The notes below the pieces were generated by a model. The model saw only the letters and a program-made list of their open reading frames with translations, did no database searches and was not told the origin of the DNA. Shown piece by piece: positions 8,205 through 17,034 of a stretch of DNA of 24,214 bases; within the stretch, counting starts at the first letter, position 1; each line of letters starts with the position of its first letter. The stretch is from Spirochaetota bacterium (GTDB lineage: Bacteria > Spirochaetota > Spirochaetia > Treponematales > Treponemataceae), in the NCBI GenBank assembly GCA_022704725.1, contig JAKJFV010000002.1:1-24214 (forward strand), written 5' to 3'. The translations under genes and the position numbers were made by a program.

Positions 8205-9390
8205 TATTTTCTAAAAAGTGGAACATTCTAATAATTTTTAGACCGTCAAACCGGTCATGAAATGCATATTCAAGATTCCGGTTTGATTTATGATGAATTA
8301 TATATATTTTCTGCCAGTCTTGAAAAAAGCCGTCTTGTTCTAAAAACGGCATAAGAATACTCAAACTATTTGAAACCTCATGGAAAAAGTCCTCCATGGG
8401 GTTTTTATTTTTTGTCCTTTTAAAAATATCAATAAACTTAAAGAGAATTTCGTACGAAGTTTTTTCAAATACCCTGCATACATTTCCTTCTATTATTTCA
8501 CTAATTTTTTTCCCTGTACCAAAAGGCACACGTTGTGAAATTCTGGAAGAGGGAAAAACCCGGCATGGTAAATATACTATATCCTGGTGAACGTGAAGTT
8601 TTATAAGAGCCTGCAGAAAATAAAAATCTTCCCCTGCGCACCGTGTATTCATACCTCCGCACTCTGCATACGCTTGAGCGGTACATACAATTGTCGGTCC
8701 GAGCGCAACAGGATAATAAGGCGTGCCGCATCTGTATAAAAGACTGCTGTGTTCAAGCAGATAGTCTTCATAGATCCTCACAGCCTTCTCTTCTTCCTCA
8801 ACTGCCCCTCTTTGATGTGAAAAGCCTGTTAATGCCCACGCAGAGGCAATAGAAGGGGAAGATGGGGACACATTCATGAAATTTGAAAAAAATGCCTGCA
8901 GACAGCAAATGTAGGATGAGCTTACAAGAGTATCAGCATCGAGGCAGGCTAATACAGATGCGCCATGCAATACTGCGTAGTCCATGGCGGTCTTTCTGGC
9001 AAGGCCCGCTCCCTGCGTATCCTTGAACAATAAATCATCACTGCTGCAGTCAAGAACAATCAAATTTAATAATGGATGATCATTATATTCGCTCATAGTA
9101 AGACGCTTAAGTTCATACATCATTTTCGCATTATTTTCACGAATCGAAACGGCATCGGAATTCCGTGCATTTACACAGCAGATAATAGAAACCGGAACTG
9201 CTTTAGTTTTTTGATGAGCAAGATACGTAAGCGAACTTAAATGCAGAGAACGGAGTGTCGAAAAAAAAGAAGGGTATTCATTATGAACAGGAATACAGAT
9301 GCATATTGGTTGTACTTGAATAAAAGGTACTACAACTGCTGTATTTTTTACCGCCTTTTTTGTGCAGTATTTTTCAAGTGTATTCTTCAT
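8194..9390 (-). CDS. Soluble GT-A fold (GT2-like) glycosyltransferase
   Basis: CIPVHNE, GAGLARKTAMD, DxD motif ACLDADT, and GEDFYF. No evident TM segment. Its ATG overlaps the miaA stop (TAATG). Confidence 0.78.
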   Translation of the reverse strand: MKNTLEKYCTKKAVKNTAVVVPFIQVQPICICIPVHNEYPSFFSTLRSLHLSSLTYLAHQKTKAVPVSIICCVNARNSDAVSIRENNAKMMYELKRLTMSEYNDHPLLNLIVLDCSSDDLLFKDTQGAGLARKTAMDYAVLHGASVLACLDADTLVSSSYICCLQAFFSNFMNVSPSSPSIASAWALTGFSHQRGAVEEEEKAVRIYEDYLLEHSSLLYRCGTPYYPVALGPTIVCTAQAYAECGGMNTRCAGEDFYFLQALIKLHVHQDIVYLPCRVFPSSRISQRVPFGTGKKISEIIEGNVCRVFEKTSYEILFKFIDIFKRTKNKNPMEDFFHEVSNSLSILMPFLEQDGFFQDWQKIYIIHHKSNRNLEYAFHDRFDGLKIIRMFHFLENTTQ

Positions 9391-10385
9391 TACTCAGCTG
9401 ATAATTCTTTTGTTAGTAACTCTGCAGCCTGTAAAAAACGGTTTTCTACAGAGCAGTCCTTTTCACTGCCGTCATGTTTTAGCCAGTGGATTACAACACC
9501 CTTTCTTTCCATGCCCCTGAACCATGTTTCCTGTCTTTTTACAAACTGATGTATTGCAGTATTTAGTTCTGAAAAAAGCTTCTCCTCGCTTTGTATTTTA
9601 CCCTGTAAAAACCTTGCAATACAGCGGTACTCCAAACCAAGCCGCTCAAGCCTTTCATAGCTTACACCGCTTTCATTCAGGGCTTTAACCTCTTCTATCA
9701 TTCCCTGTTTAAATCGATCCCGTAAACGTATGGTAACCCTTTTTCTTACCATTGCACGGGGAAAGGTGGTGCCTAGTATAATCGGGTTTATATACGGTCT
9801 TTGGGGCATAGATTTACGCTGTTCTTCTGCTTCCGGAGATCGTGAAAAAGTTTCAATTTCTATTGCACGTATGAGCCGGTGGCGTTCACCGGTATCTGTT
9901 TGATTATGAAGTCCGCCTTTGAGATCCATGAGCATACTGCTCAGTTCTTCCATGGATTTTCCATTCAAACTTTCACGAAGATCTATATTTACCGGCACCT
10001 GAATTAAATTGTATCCGCGAATTACGGCATCGAGGTACATACCGGTACCGCCTGCTGTAACAGGAATAAGTCCTCTGGAAGTTAGAGCCGGAAATATTTT
10101 ATAATAATCCATTAAATAATCGAATACAGAATATTCCTGAGCCAAGGATGCAATGTCAATGAGATGATACGGTATAGACTTCGGCGCTGTGCATGGGTGG
10201 AAACAGGCAGAAGGAGGCATAGTAAACTCGTAAAGATCCTTTCCGGAACCTATGTCGAGTCCCCTGTATACCTGCCTTGAATCTGCAGAGATTACTTCTG
10301 AGTTTAAAAACTCTGCAATCCTTACAGCTAATGCTGTTTTGCCGACAGCTGTCGGCCCCAACACTATAACACAGTTCTTTTTCAT
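9390..10385 (-). CDS. miaA: tRNA dimethylallyltransferase (MiaA family, second-paralog-like)
   Basis: P-loop VLGPTAVGKT, ISADSRQVYRGLDIGSGK, GGTGMY, and KRQETWFR. Confidence 0.92.
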   Translation of the reverse strand: MKKNCVIVLGPTAVGKTALAVRIAEFLNSEVISADSRQVYRGLDIGSGKDLYEFTMPPSACFHPCTAPKSIPYHLIDIASLAQEYSVFDYLMDYYKIFPALTSRGLIPVTAGGTGMYLDAVIRGYNLIQVPVNIDLRESLNGKSMEELSSMLMDLKGGLHNQTDTGERHRLIRAIEIETFSRSPEAEEQRKSMPQRPYINPIILGTTFPRAMVRKRVTIRLRDRFKQGMIEEVKALNESGVSYERLERLGLEYRCIARFLQGKIQSEEKLFSELNTAIHQFVKRQETWFRGMERKGVVIHWLKHDGSEKDCSVENRFLQAAELLTKELSAE

Positions 10386-10389
10386 ATGC

Positions 10390-11652
10390 TTAAGTTATTT
10401 TAGCAATAACGCATTTTAAGTATTCAGATTTTGAATACCCCGACAACACAGGGTGATCGGGAGCAGCAAATCGTTTTTCCAATATTTGAAGATTTTTGTG
10501 GGCATCACTGGATGCGTGATCGAGCACTGAATAAAAGGTGTTTGCATCAAAAAAATGAGAACAGGAGCAGGTAACAAGGATTCCCCCGGGCGAGAGAATC
10601 TTCATTGCTCTAAGATTTATTTCTTTGTATCCCCCGTATGCTTTTTTAATATCTTTTGCACTTTTAGTAAAGGCAGGAGGATCAAGAATTATGACATCAA
10701 ATTTTTCACCCTTTTGTTCCGCCTCTTTGAGGTAATCAAAAACATCGGCGCATACAGCACGTACAGATGAACCTGCCTTGTTCAATCCGGCGTTCACCGT
10801 AATCGCAGCAGAGGCTTCTTCTGAGATATCAACACAGACTACCTCACGGGCCCCTGAAGAAAAGGCATGTAAGCCGAAAGCTCCAACATGGGAAAAAGCA
10901 TCAAGCACTCTTTTCCCTTTGCATAATGATGCAGCGGCTTTTCTATTGAACTTTTGATCAAGGAAGTAGCCTGTTTTTTGACCGTGAGCAAGATCGATCT
11001 GCAGTAATACAGAATTCTCAGAAATTGTTATAAGAGGATTACTCTCGCCGCCAATCCAGCCGGTGGAAAGTTCAAGTCCCTCTTTTTCACGTACAGAAGC
11101 ATCGCTTCGCTCGTAAATGCCGTAAGGTTTTATTACAGAACGCAGTGAATTAATAATTTCTTTTCTAAATTTTTCACATGCAAGAGCAAGAAATTGAACA
11201 ACCAAAATTGTTCTATTTTCAATAGTTCTATAATGCTCGACAATTAAGCCGGGAAGAAAATCTGCTTCGGCAAATACAAGACGAAAGGAATCTTCAAGTG
11301 AAAAATAATGAAGACGTAAATCCAAAGCATCTTGAATTTTTTTATCAAAAAAACTTTGATTGAACTGTTCATTTTCAATTTTACCGCGTGTTAACAGCCT
11401 GACAGTAATCTTGGAAGTATTATTAAACACTCCGGTTCCAAGATACATTCCTGACTTAGAAAAAACCTGAACAATACTTCCATCGGGAGCCTTTGTTTCT
11501 TTTAATACAGATTGAACAATTGAGTGCTGTCCCTTATCGTCATAGGCATCTGCTTTCACAAAACCTATTTCATTGTCAAATATCCAAGGGAAGCCTGCTT
11601 TTATTTGATCTTCTTCTTTTGCGTTAAGAAAAACGCGTATATTTTTCATCAT
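10390..11652 (-). CDS. rlmI: Class I SAM-dependent RNA m5C methyltransferase (RlmI/YccW family)
   Basis: N-terminal PUA-like GFPWIFDNEI, EADFLPGLIV, GQKTGYFLDQK, VLDAFSHVG, DVIILDPPAF, and catalytic TCSCS. Confidence 0.88.
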   Translation of the reverse strand: MMKNIRVFLNAKEEDQIKAGFPWIFDNEIGFVKADAYDDKGQHSIVQSVLKETKAPDGSIVQVFSKSGMYLGTGVFNNTSKITVRLLTRGKIENEQFNQSFFDKKIQDALDLRLHYFSLEDSFRLVFAEADFLPGLIVEHYRTIENRTILVVQFLALACEKFRKEIINSLRSVIKPYGIYERSDASVREKEGLELSTGWIGGESNPLITISENSVLLQIDLAHGQKTGYFLDQKFNRKAAASLCKGKRVLDAFSHVGAFGLHAFSSGAREVVCVDISEEASAAITVNAGLNKAGSSVRAVCADVFDYLKEAEQKGEKFDVIILDPPAFTKSAKDIKKAYGGYKEINLRAMKILSPGGILVTCSCSHFFDANTFYSVLDHASSDAHKNLQILEKRFAAPDHPVLSGYSKSEYLKCVIAKIT

Positions 11653-11660
11653 AGTTGCTT

Positions 11661-11689
11661 AGTGTACGGGTAATATAGTAAAAAATCAA
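11661..11689 (-). promoter_or_regulatory. sigma70-like promoter of rlmI-miaA-GT2 unit (near-leaderless)
   Basis: TTGATT (11689-11684), 17 nt, TACACT (11666-11661), 8 nt, then ATG 11652. No SD. Confidence 0.7.
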
Positions 11690-14600
11690 GTATTCGACAT
11701 TTCGCTGATGCTGACATAATAAGTCTTCATACTTCCCTTCCCCTTTACATCGACAGTCACTTCATCGGTAAAACATACTGAATCTTTTGCTAAATTCCAT
11801 GTCTCTTCACTCACATGAATACTGCCAGGCTCTCCCGATGATTCCATTCGGCTTGCAACATTAACAGTGTCGCCCCACAAATCATAAATAAATTTTGTTT
11901 TGCCTATTACACCTGCAATGACATCTCCGGAATTAATACCTATACGCATTTTAAATTTTAATGAGGAAGTAAGATTATACTGCTCAATATCAAGAAGCAT
12001 TCCCCGTGCAAATTGAATCATAGCTGCTGCATGCATGGGATTAGGCTCCGGGAGCCCGCACACAGCCATATAGGCATCTCCAATAGTTTTAATTTTTTCA
12101 ATACCCAAAGTTTGAGCTCTTTCATCAAAACGAGAAAAAAGGTCATTTAATGCAAATATGATTGTTTCCGGACTTGCGGATGAAGTAATTTTTGTAAATC
12201 CGACAATATCTGCAAACAAAACCGACACATTTTCAAACTTATCTGCAATGATCTGATTTTTCCGTTCCTTTAAAATTTCTGCAATGGGTTTTGGAAGGAT
12301 ATTGAGCAAAAGGCGATCGGAGTTATCCCGTTCAATTTCCAGATCTATTGTTTTCATCTGTACCATTGTTTCCAGACGCAGCTGTTCTCTCTTAAGACGG
12401 TTAATTCGTATGACAATGATTGAATAAATAATTCCGCAGATAACTAAACCAATGAAAATCCAGAATACCGGCATTTGATACAAAAAGGGCTTTTGAATAA
12501 TGGTGATTGATGCAGGATTTTCACACCAAAGCATATCGCTGTTAGCTGCCCAGACTTTAAACGTATAGTTTCCAGGGGCAAGATTTGTATAAGAGACAGA
12601 TCTGGAGGATGTCAGCTGAGAATAATCATTTTCAAACCCTTCAAGTATATAACGGAAACGTATCATATCTGTAGAAACAAAACTTAATGCAGTATATTCA
12701 ATGTCTACTCTCTTTGTTCCTGCAGGTATTTTTAAAACTTTATTTGCACTAAATTTTTCCTTAACATTGTCAATACTTATATCTTCAATTTCAACAAGAG
12801 GCGGAACGGGATTCGATTTAATTTTAACAGGATCATAGATAGCAAATCCGTCAATGAGCGTAAACCACAAACGTCCCAGACTGTCATACATGCATAAAGA
12901 AGTTGACGTTACACCTCCGGAACGCAGACCGTCATTTTTCGTATAAAATTTCGGGTCTAAAAAGACCCCTTCTTTATGTGAAGCAGCTTCAAGTACGCTT
13001 AATGATATTGATGATATGCCCCGGTTGCTGGTCATCCAGACGGTATCTGTATAGTCTATCATAATCTGGAAAATTGAGTCGGTACCTAAACCGTCAGACG
13101 CAGTAAAGTTTTTAAACTTATTGCCTTCAATTCTGGTTAGTCCTGTCCCTGTTGAGATCCAGTACACCCCGTTTTTATCCTGCATAATTTTAAAAATAAC
13201 ATTTCCTGCAAGCCCGTCCTTGGTTGTCAAAACGGAAATAATTTTACCATCTTTCATAATACATATACCGCCGCCGTCAGTACCTATCCACAGGTAACCC
13301 TCCGTGTCTTCATAAAGACACATGACGTACTCATTTTCTAAACCTTCATTTTTAGTGTATGAAGTAAGTTCTGCGGCAACATAATCAATTTTTGTTAATC
13401 CTGTAGTTGTACCTATCCACAGATTTTGACTTTTATCTTCAATAGCAACTCTCACCCGGTCTCCCGCTAAACCGTGTTTTGTTGTCCAGTAGGTTATTTG
13501 TCCTTCCTTGGTCATAAGAACCTGCCCGTATTTGGCATACGTACTTACCAATAAATCGCCTTTATCTGTGTTCTCTATATGACGTATTCGTATGCCTTTA
13601 AGCATCTTTGTTAATTCATTCTCAATAAAGACGCCTTTTTCATAACAAAGCAGACCATTGTCTGTCCCAATCCAGACAAGCCCCTCATCAGACTCAGAAA
13701 TACAGTTAACAGGAGATGACAAAGTTACTGTCCTGAATTTTCCGGGACTCATCTTTTGCACACCGCCTCTATCTGTTGCATACCAGATGCTTCCTTCACG
13801 GTCTTCTATAATTTTCTTTACATTATTATTCGTTAAACCTTCGGCCTCTGTATACGTTGAAAACTGTCCCTGTTTATAAAGAACAACACCCTTTTCTGTC
13901 CCGAACCAGAGAGAATTTGAGTTATCAAGATAGATATCATTAACAGTAGTTTCAAGCATACCTTCTTGACTTCCGTAAAGTTTATAATTTCCTTCACTTA
14001 CCCTTACAACGCCTTTTTGTGTAAGCCCATACCAAAAAGATCCTGTATCATCCTGTGTTATTGCTGTAACGGTTGAATAATCAATTGCGTTAAAAGCCGT
14101 GTACTGTGTAAATTTTCCGCTTGAGTAATAGTATAAGCCGTGCTTTTTTGTTGTACTTAGCCATATTCTTCCGGCTGTATCGCAGTATAAAGATATTACG
14201 AGACAGCTGCTGTCGTCATATGCATCCAAGCCCTCCGGACTAACAAATTTTCCGGAAGGAGTCAAAAAAACAACACCATTAGAAGTACCGATCCAAATAT
14301 TTCCCGATTTATCCTGGGCTATATCTCGAATTGAATTATTCGGGAGGCCGTTATCTGTAGTAAACATTTCTATTCCCGATGAAGAAATTTTTGCAACTCC
14401 CTCATCATTTGAACCGACCCACAAATTCCCGTCTGTATCTTCAAAGATTGTCCGTGCAGAAACACATCGAAAATCGCTGACTGTATTTTTATTTAAAATT
14501 GTGAACTTTACTCCGTCAAAACGTACAAGCCCGTCATATGTTCCTATATAAAGGTATCCGTCGGATTTTTGAAGCAAATCGGTAACTGTATTACCAGGTA

Positions 14601-14724
14601 AACCTTCGGCTGCTGTCCATACTTGATTAACATAATCGGCCCATATTACCGAAGAGACTCGGGATTGAGATGTCAGAAAAGAGATTGAAAATAAAAAAAA
14701 TAAAAATACACTGATGCGTTTCAT
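11686..14724 (-). CDS. Membrane sensor adenylate cyclase: signal peptide/TM, Reg_prop beta-propeller repeats, Y_Y_Y domain, TM, class III cyclase
   Basis: Repeated D..G.(L/I)W(I/V)GT..G and GL.NN.(I/V)..I blades; YTNLAPGNYTFKVWA (Y_Y_Y); TM FWIFIGLVICGIIYSIIVI; LLLNILP; VLFADIVGFT, IKTIGDAYM and YDLWGDTVNVASRME. SD GGAGG (14736-14732) precedes ATG 14724. Confidence 0.92.
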   Translation of the reverse strand: MKRISVFLFFLFSISFLTSQSRVSSVIWADYVNQVWTAAEGLPGNTVTDLLQKSDGYLYIGTYDGLVRFDGVKFTILNKNTVSDFRCVSARTIFEDTDGNLWVGSNDEGVAKISSSGIEMFTTDNGLPNNSIRDIAQDKSGNIWIGTSNGVVFLTPSGKFVSPEGLDAYDDSSCLVISLYCDTAGRIWLSTTKKHGLYYYSSGKFTQYTAFNAIDYSTVTAITQDDTGSFWYGLTQKGVVRVSEGNYKLYGSQEGMLETTVNDIYLDNSNSLWFGTEKGVVLYKQGQFSTYTEAEGLTNNNVKKIIEDREGSIWYATDRGGVQKMSPGKFRTVTLSSPVNCISESDEGLVWIGTDNGLLCYEKGVFIENELTKMLKGIRIRHIENTDKGDLLVSTYAKYGQVLMTKEGQITYWTTKHGLAGDRVRVAIEDKSQNLWIGTTTGLTKIDYVAAELTSYTKNEGLENEYVMCLYEDTEGYLWIGTDGGGICIMKDGKIISVLTTKDGLAGNVIFKIMQDKNGVYWISTGTGLTRIEGNKFKNFTASDGLGTDSIFQIMIDYTDTVWMTSNRGISSISLSVLEAASHKEGVFLDPKFYTKNDGLRSGGVTSTSLCMYDSLGRLWFTLIDGFAIYDPVKIKSNPVPPLVEIEDISIDNVKEKFSANKVLKIPAGTKRVDIEYTALSFVSTDMIRFRYILEGFENDYSQLTSSRSVSYTNLAPGNYTFKVWAANSDMLWCENPASITIIQKPFLYQMPVFWIFIGLVICGIIYSIIVIRINRLKREQLRLETMVQMKTIDLEIERDNSDRLLLNILPKPIAEILKERKNQIIADKFENVSVLFADIVGFTKITSSASPETIIFALNDLFSRFDERAQTLGIEKIKTIGDAYMAVCGLPEPNPMHAAAMIQFARGMLLDIEQYNLTSSLKFKMRIGINSGDVIAGVIGKTKFIYDLWGDTVNVASRMESSGEPGSIHVSEETWNLAKDSVCFTDEVTVDVKGKGSMKTYYVSISEMSNT

Positions 14725-14748
14725 CAAACAGCCTCCATTAGGGCTATT

Positions 14749-15522
14749 TTACAGCATATTCTCCATTGTATAAAGGTTTCCCATAGAAATATTTTGCGAA
14801 GTAAGCTGTTCAACCATCCATTGTGCAGCTCTTACGGCTCCTACGGCAAAACCTTCTCTGGATCTGGCACGATGAGTGAGCTCTATAGTATCTGCTTTTG
14901 AGTCAAAAAATACCGTATGAGTTCCGGGTTCAGATCCAAAACGCGTACTTGAAACATGGAGCTCGTGTGCTTTCGGCGCCTCATGAAAGGCATCCGTTAC
15001 AATTTCTGTTTTTTTCGGACAGACCGACATGAGGTGTTTTGCAATATCCAGAGCAGTACCGGACGGGCTGTCTGCCTTCTGTGTATGATGAGCTTCCCAA
15101 ATTGCTGTGTCGTATTCGTCATACTGTGAAAATAAAATTCCTGCTTCCTTGACTATTTTATAAAAAAGATTAACACCTATAGAATAGTTGGCGGCATAAA
15201 AAAGACAGGAATTATTTTTTTTAACAAGGGTATTTACATAATCGAGATGTTTCAGCCAGCCTGTAGTTCCGACAATAACAGGAACTCCTGTAGTAACAAG
15301 AACTTCTATATTTTTTAATACTGCATCGGGATGAGTAAACTCAATTACAGCATCAGCCTTGCTTGCTATGACAGCACCGGCCAGGTCATCAGAGGATTTA
15401 ATACGGCATGAAGCATCTTGTGCATAAAGATCAATAGTTGAGGCAATACCCACACCCCGCTTAACAGCTTCAACTTCTATCATATGCCCCATTTTTCCGT
15501 ACCCGACTAATGCAATATTCAT
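14749..15522 (-). CDS. dapB: 4-hydroxy-tetrahydrodipicolinate reductase
   Basis: NIALVGYGKMG, IEFTHPD, VIVGTTGW, EAHHTQKADSPSGTA, ELTHRARSREGFAVGAV. ATG at 15522 follows the SD-like AAGGGG. Confidence 0.95.
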   Translation of the reverse strand: MNIALVGYGKMGHMIEVEAVKRGVGIASTIDLYAQDASCRIKSSDDLAGAVIASKADAVIEFTHPDAVLKNIEVLVTTGVPVIVGTTGWLKHLDYVNTLVKKNNSCLFYAANYSIGVNLFYKIVKEAGILFSQYDEYDTAIWEAHHTQKADSPSGTALDIAKHLMSVCPKKTEIVTDAFHEAPKAHELHVSSTRFGSEPGTHTVFFDSKADTIELTHRARSREGFAVGAVRAAQWMVEQLTSQNISMGNLYTMENML

Positions 15523-15571
15523 CAACAACCCCTTATTTTAAAAACTGATATTTAAATTTCACAAACCTTAT

Positions 15572-16909
15572 TTATAGAAGAGCATCGGCAATAAAAGCTT
15601 CATGCAGAATCCGGACAACCTGATGTACTTCGGTTTCTTCACACAGCATACTTATATTAACCTTTGAAGCTCCCTGACTGATCATCTGAACATTAATGCC
15701 TTCTTTATCGAGTGCGGAAAAACACGAAGAGAGAATTGCACTTGATCTTTTAACATCGCAAATTATTGTAACTATTGCTTTACCCTTTTTAACATTAATG
15801 TCAGCAACTTTTTTAAGATCCTCTACAAGCCCGTCAACATCTTTTTTTGAATTAACTGTTAAAGAAACAGAAACTTCGCTTGTAGCAATTACATCGATAC
15901 TTACATTCCATTTTAAAAACTGATTAAAAATATGGGCTAAAAAGCCTGATGCACCGAGCATTCTGGTTGAAACAATGTCATACAAGGTAACACCCTTAAC
16001 CGCAGTAATCGCTCTAACCGGAGAAACTTCCTTTGTATGCTTTTCAACAATGATTGAACCAGGTGAAGTAATATTATACGAGTTTTTAACACGAACAGGT
16101 GTTCCGGTTCTTCTGCACGGCATCATAGAACGGGGGTGCAATACCTGAGCGCCAAAGTACGCGAGTTCTGCTGCCTCTTCATAGGTTGCCTCTTCCACAG
16201 GATGTGCCGTCTTAACAATTCTCGGGTCGGTTGTCAAAATTCCGTCAACATCTTTCCAAGTCTGTATTTCATCAACCTTAAGCGCAGCGCCGAGCATTGT
16301 TGCGGTCAAATCACTGCCGCCTCTTCCTAAGGTAGTAATATAGCCGTTAACATCTTTTGCAATAAAACCTGTTACTATTGGAATTTCTTTCTGACTGCCG
16401 GAAGTATAGTCCTTAAAAGCAAGAGGAATAGAAGTCCACACCGATTCATCAAGTTCTGCAGCCATAAAATTTGAATCTGAAAGAAAACCTGCATCCCAGG
16501 CATCATAAAAGCGTGACGGTGTTCCTTGCGAGGCAAGATAAGAGGCCATCATTCTAACAGATAACCGTTCTCCAAAGGAAACAAGATAATCACGGGTCCG
16601 CTTAGTAAGTTCTTTAAGCATAGAAATACCTGTCAGCAGTGTTTTGAGTTCTTCGAGAAGACAGAAGATTTCACTATCATTAACATTCAAATCTTTTGCG
16701 GTGTTAATATGAAGAGCTTCTACGTTGGAAATATCTACAGTTCCCGACACTGCTTCATCTGCAGCATCAAGTAAAAAATCGGTAGTATCGCCCATAGCAG
16801 ACAAGACCACCAGGGGCTGTCTGTCCTTATATGCCTGAATAATTGAGGCAACATGTCTAATGCGTTCAGCGTCGGCTACAGAAGAGCCTCCAAATTTCAT
16901 AACTATCAT
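15572..16909 (-). CDS. lysC: Monofunctional aspartate kinase with two ACT domains
   Basis: [50 protein letters not shown], and ACT motifs TSEVSVSLT and [11 protein letters not shown]. Confidence 0.96.
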   Translation of the reverse strand: MIVMKFGGSSVADAERIRHVASIIQAYKDRQPLVVLSAMGDTTDFLLDAADEAVSGTVDISNVEALHINTAKDLNVNDSEIFCLLEELKTLLTGISMLKELTKRTRDYLVSFGERLSVRMMASYLASQGTPSRFYDAWDAGFLSDSNFMAAELDESVWTSIPLAFKDYTSGSQKEIPIVTGFIAKDVNGYITTLGRGGSDLTATMLGAALKVDEIQTWKDVDGILTTDPRIVKTAHPVEEATYEEAAELAYFGAQVLHPRSMMPCRRTGTPVRVKNSYNITSPGSIIVEKHTKEVSPVRAITAVKGVTLYDIVSTRMLGASGFLAHIFNQFLKWNVSIDVIATSEVSVSLTVNSKKDVDGLVEDLKKVADINVKKGKAIVTIICDVKRSSAILSSCFSALDKEGINVQMISQGASKVNISMLCEETEVHQVVRILHEAFIADALL

Positions 16910-16915
16910 GTTCGA

Positions 16916-16944
16916 ATATTAGCACAAATACAGAATAATTTCTA
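16916..16944 (-). promoter_or_regulatory. sigma70-like promoter of lysC-dapB (leaderless, extended -10)
   Basis: TAGAAA (16944-16939), 17 nt ending TGc, TAATAT (16921-16916), 6 nt, then ATG 16909. No SD. Confidence 0.6.
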
Positions 16945-16999
16945 CATACATATACATATTTTTGGTATAAAAATACATTTTCAAATACCTTTCTCAGGC

Positions 17000-17028
17000 T
17001 TGCACAGCTTATGCTAATAGTCTATATT
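17000..17028 (+). promoter_or_regulatory. sigma70-like promoter of RNB gene (leaderless)
   Basis: TTGCAC (17000-17005), 17 nt, TATATT (17023-17028), 6 nt, then ATG 17035. Confidence 0.65.
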
Positions 17029-17034
17029 TTGTGT

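Noticed and set aside
12850-14650. Apparent periodic repeats in the cyclase gene as a possible CRISPR or tandem DNA repeat
   Set aside because: The repetition is at protein level (propeller blades, W-I-G-T) with divergent codons. There is no identical DNA repeat-spacer structure.
1-14724. Single integrated che-Hpt-adenylate cyclase circuit (analogous to Pseudomonas Chp-CyaB)
   Set aside because: The three parts are in separate transcription units with unrelated housekeeping genes between them, and the cyclase has its own sensor. Proximity alone does not support one system, so they are reported separately.
16910-17034. Lysine riboswitch upstream of lysC
   Set aside because: The gap is only 125 nt, very AT-rich and shared with the divergent RNB promoter. 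The lysine aptamer needs roughly 170 nt of structured RNA, and lysC appears leaderless.
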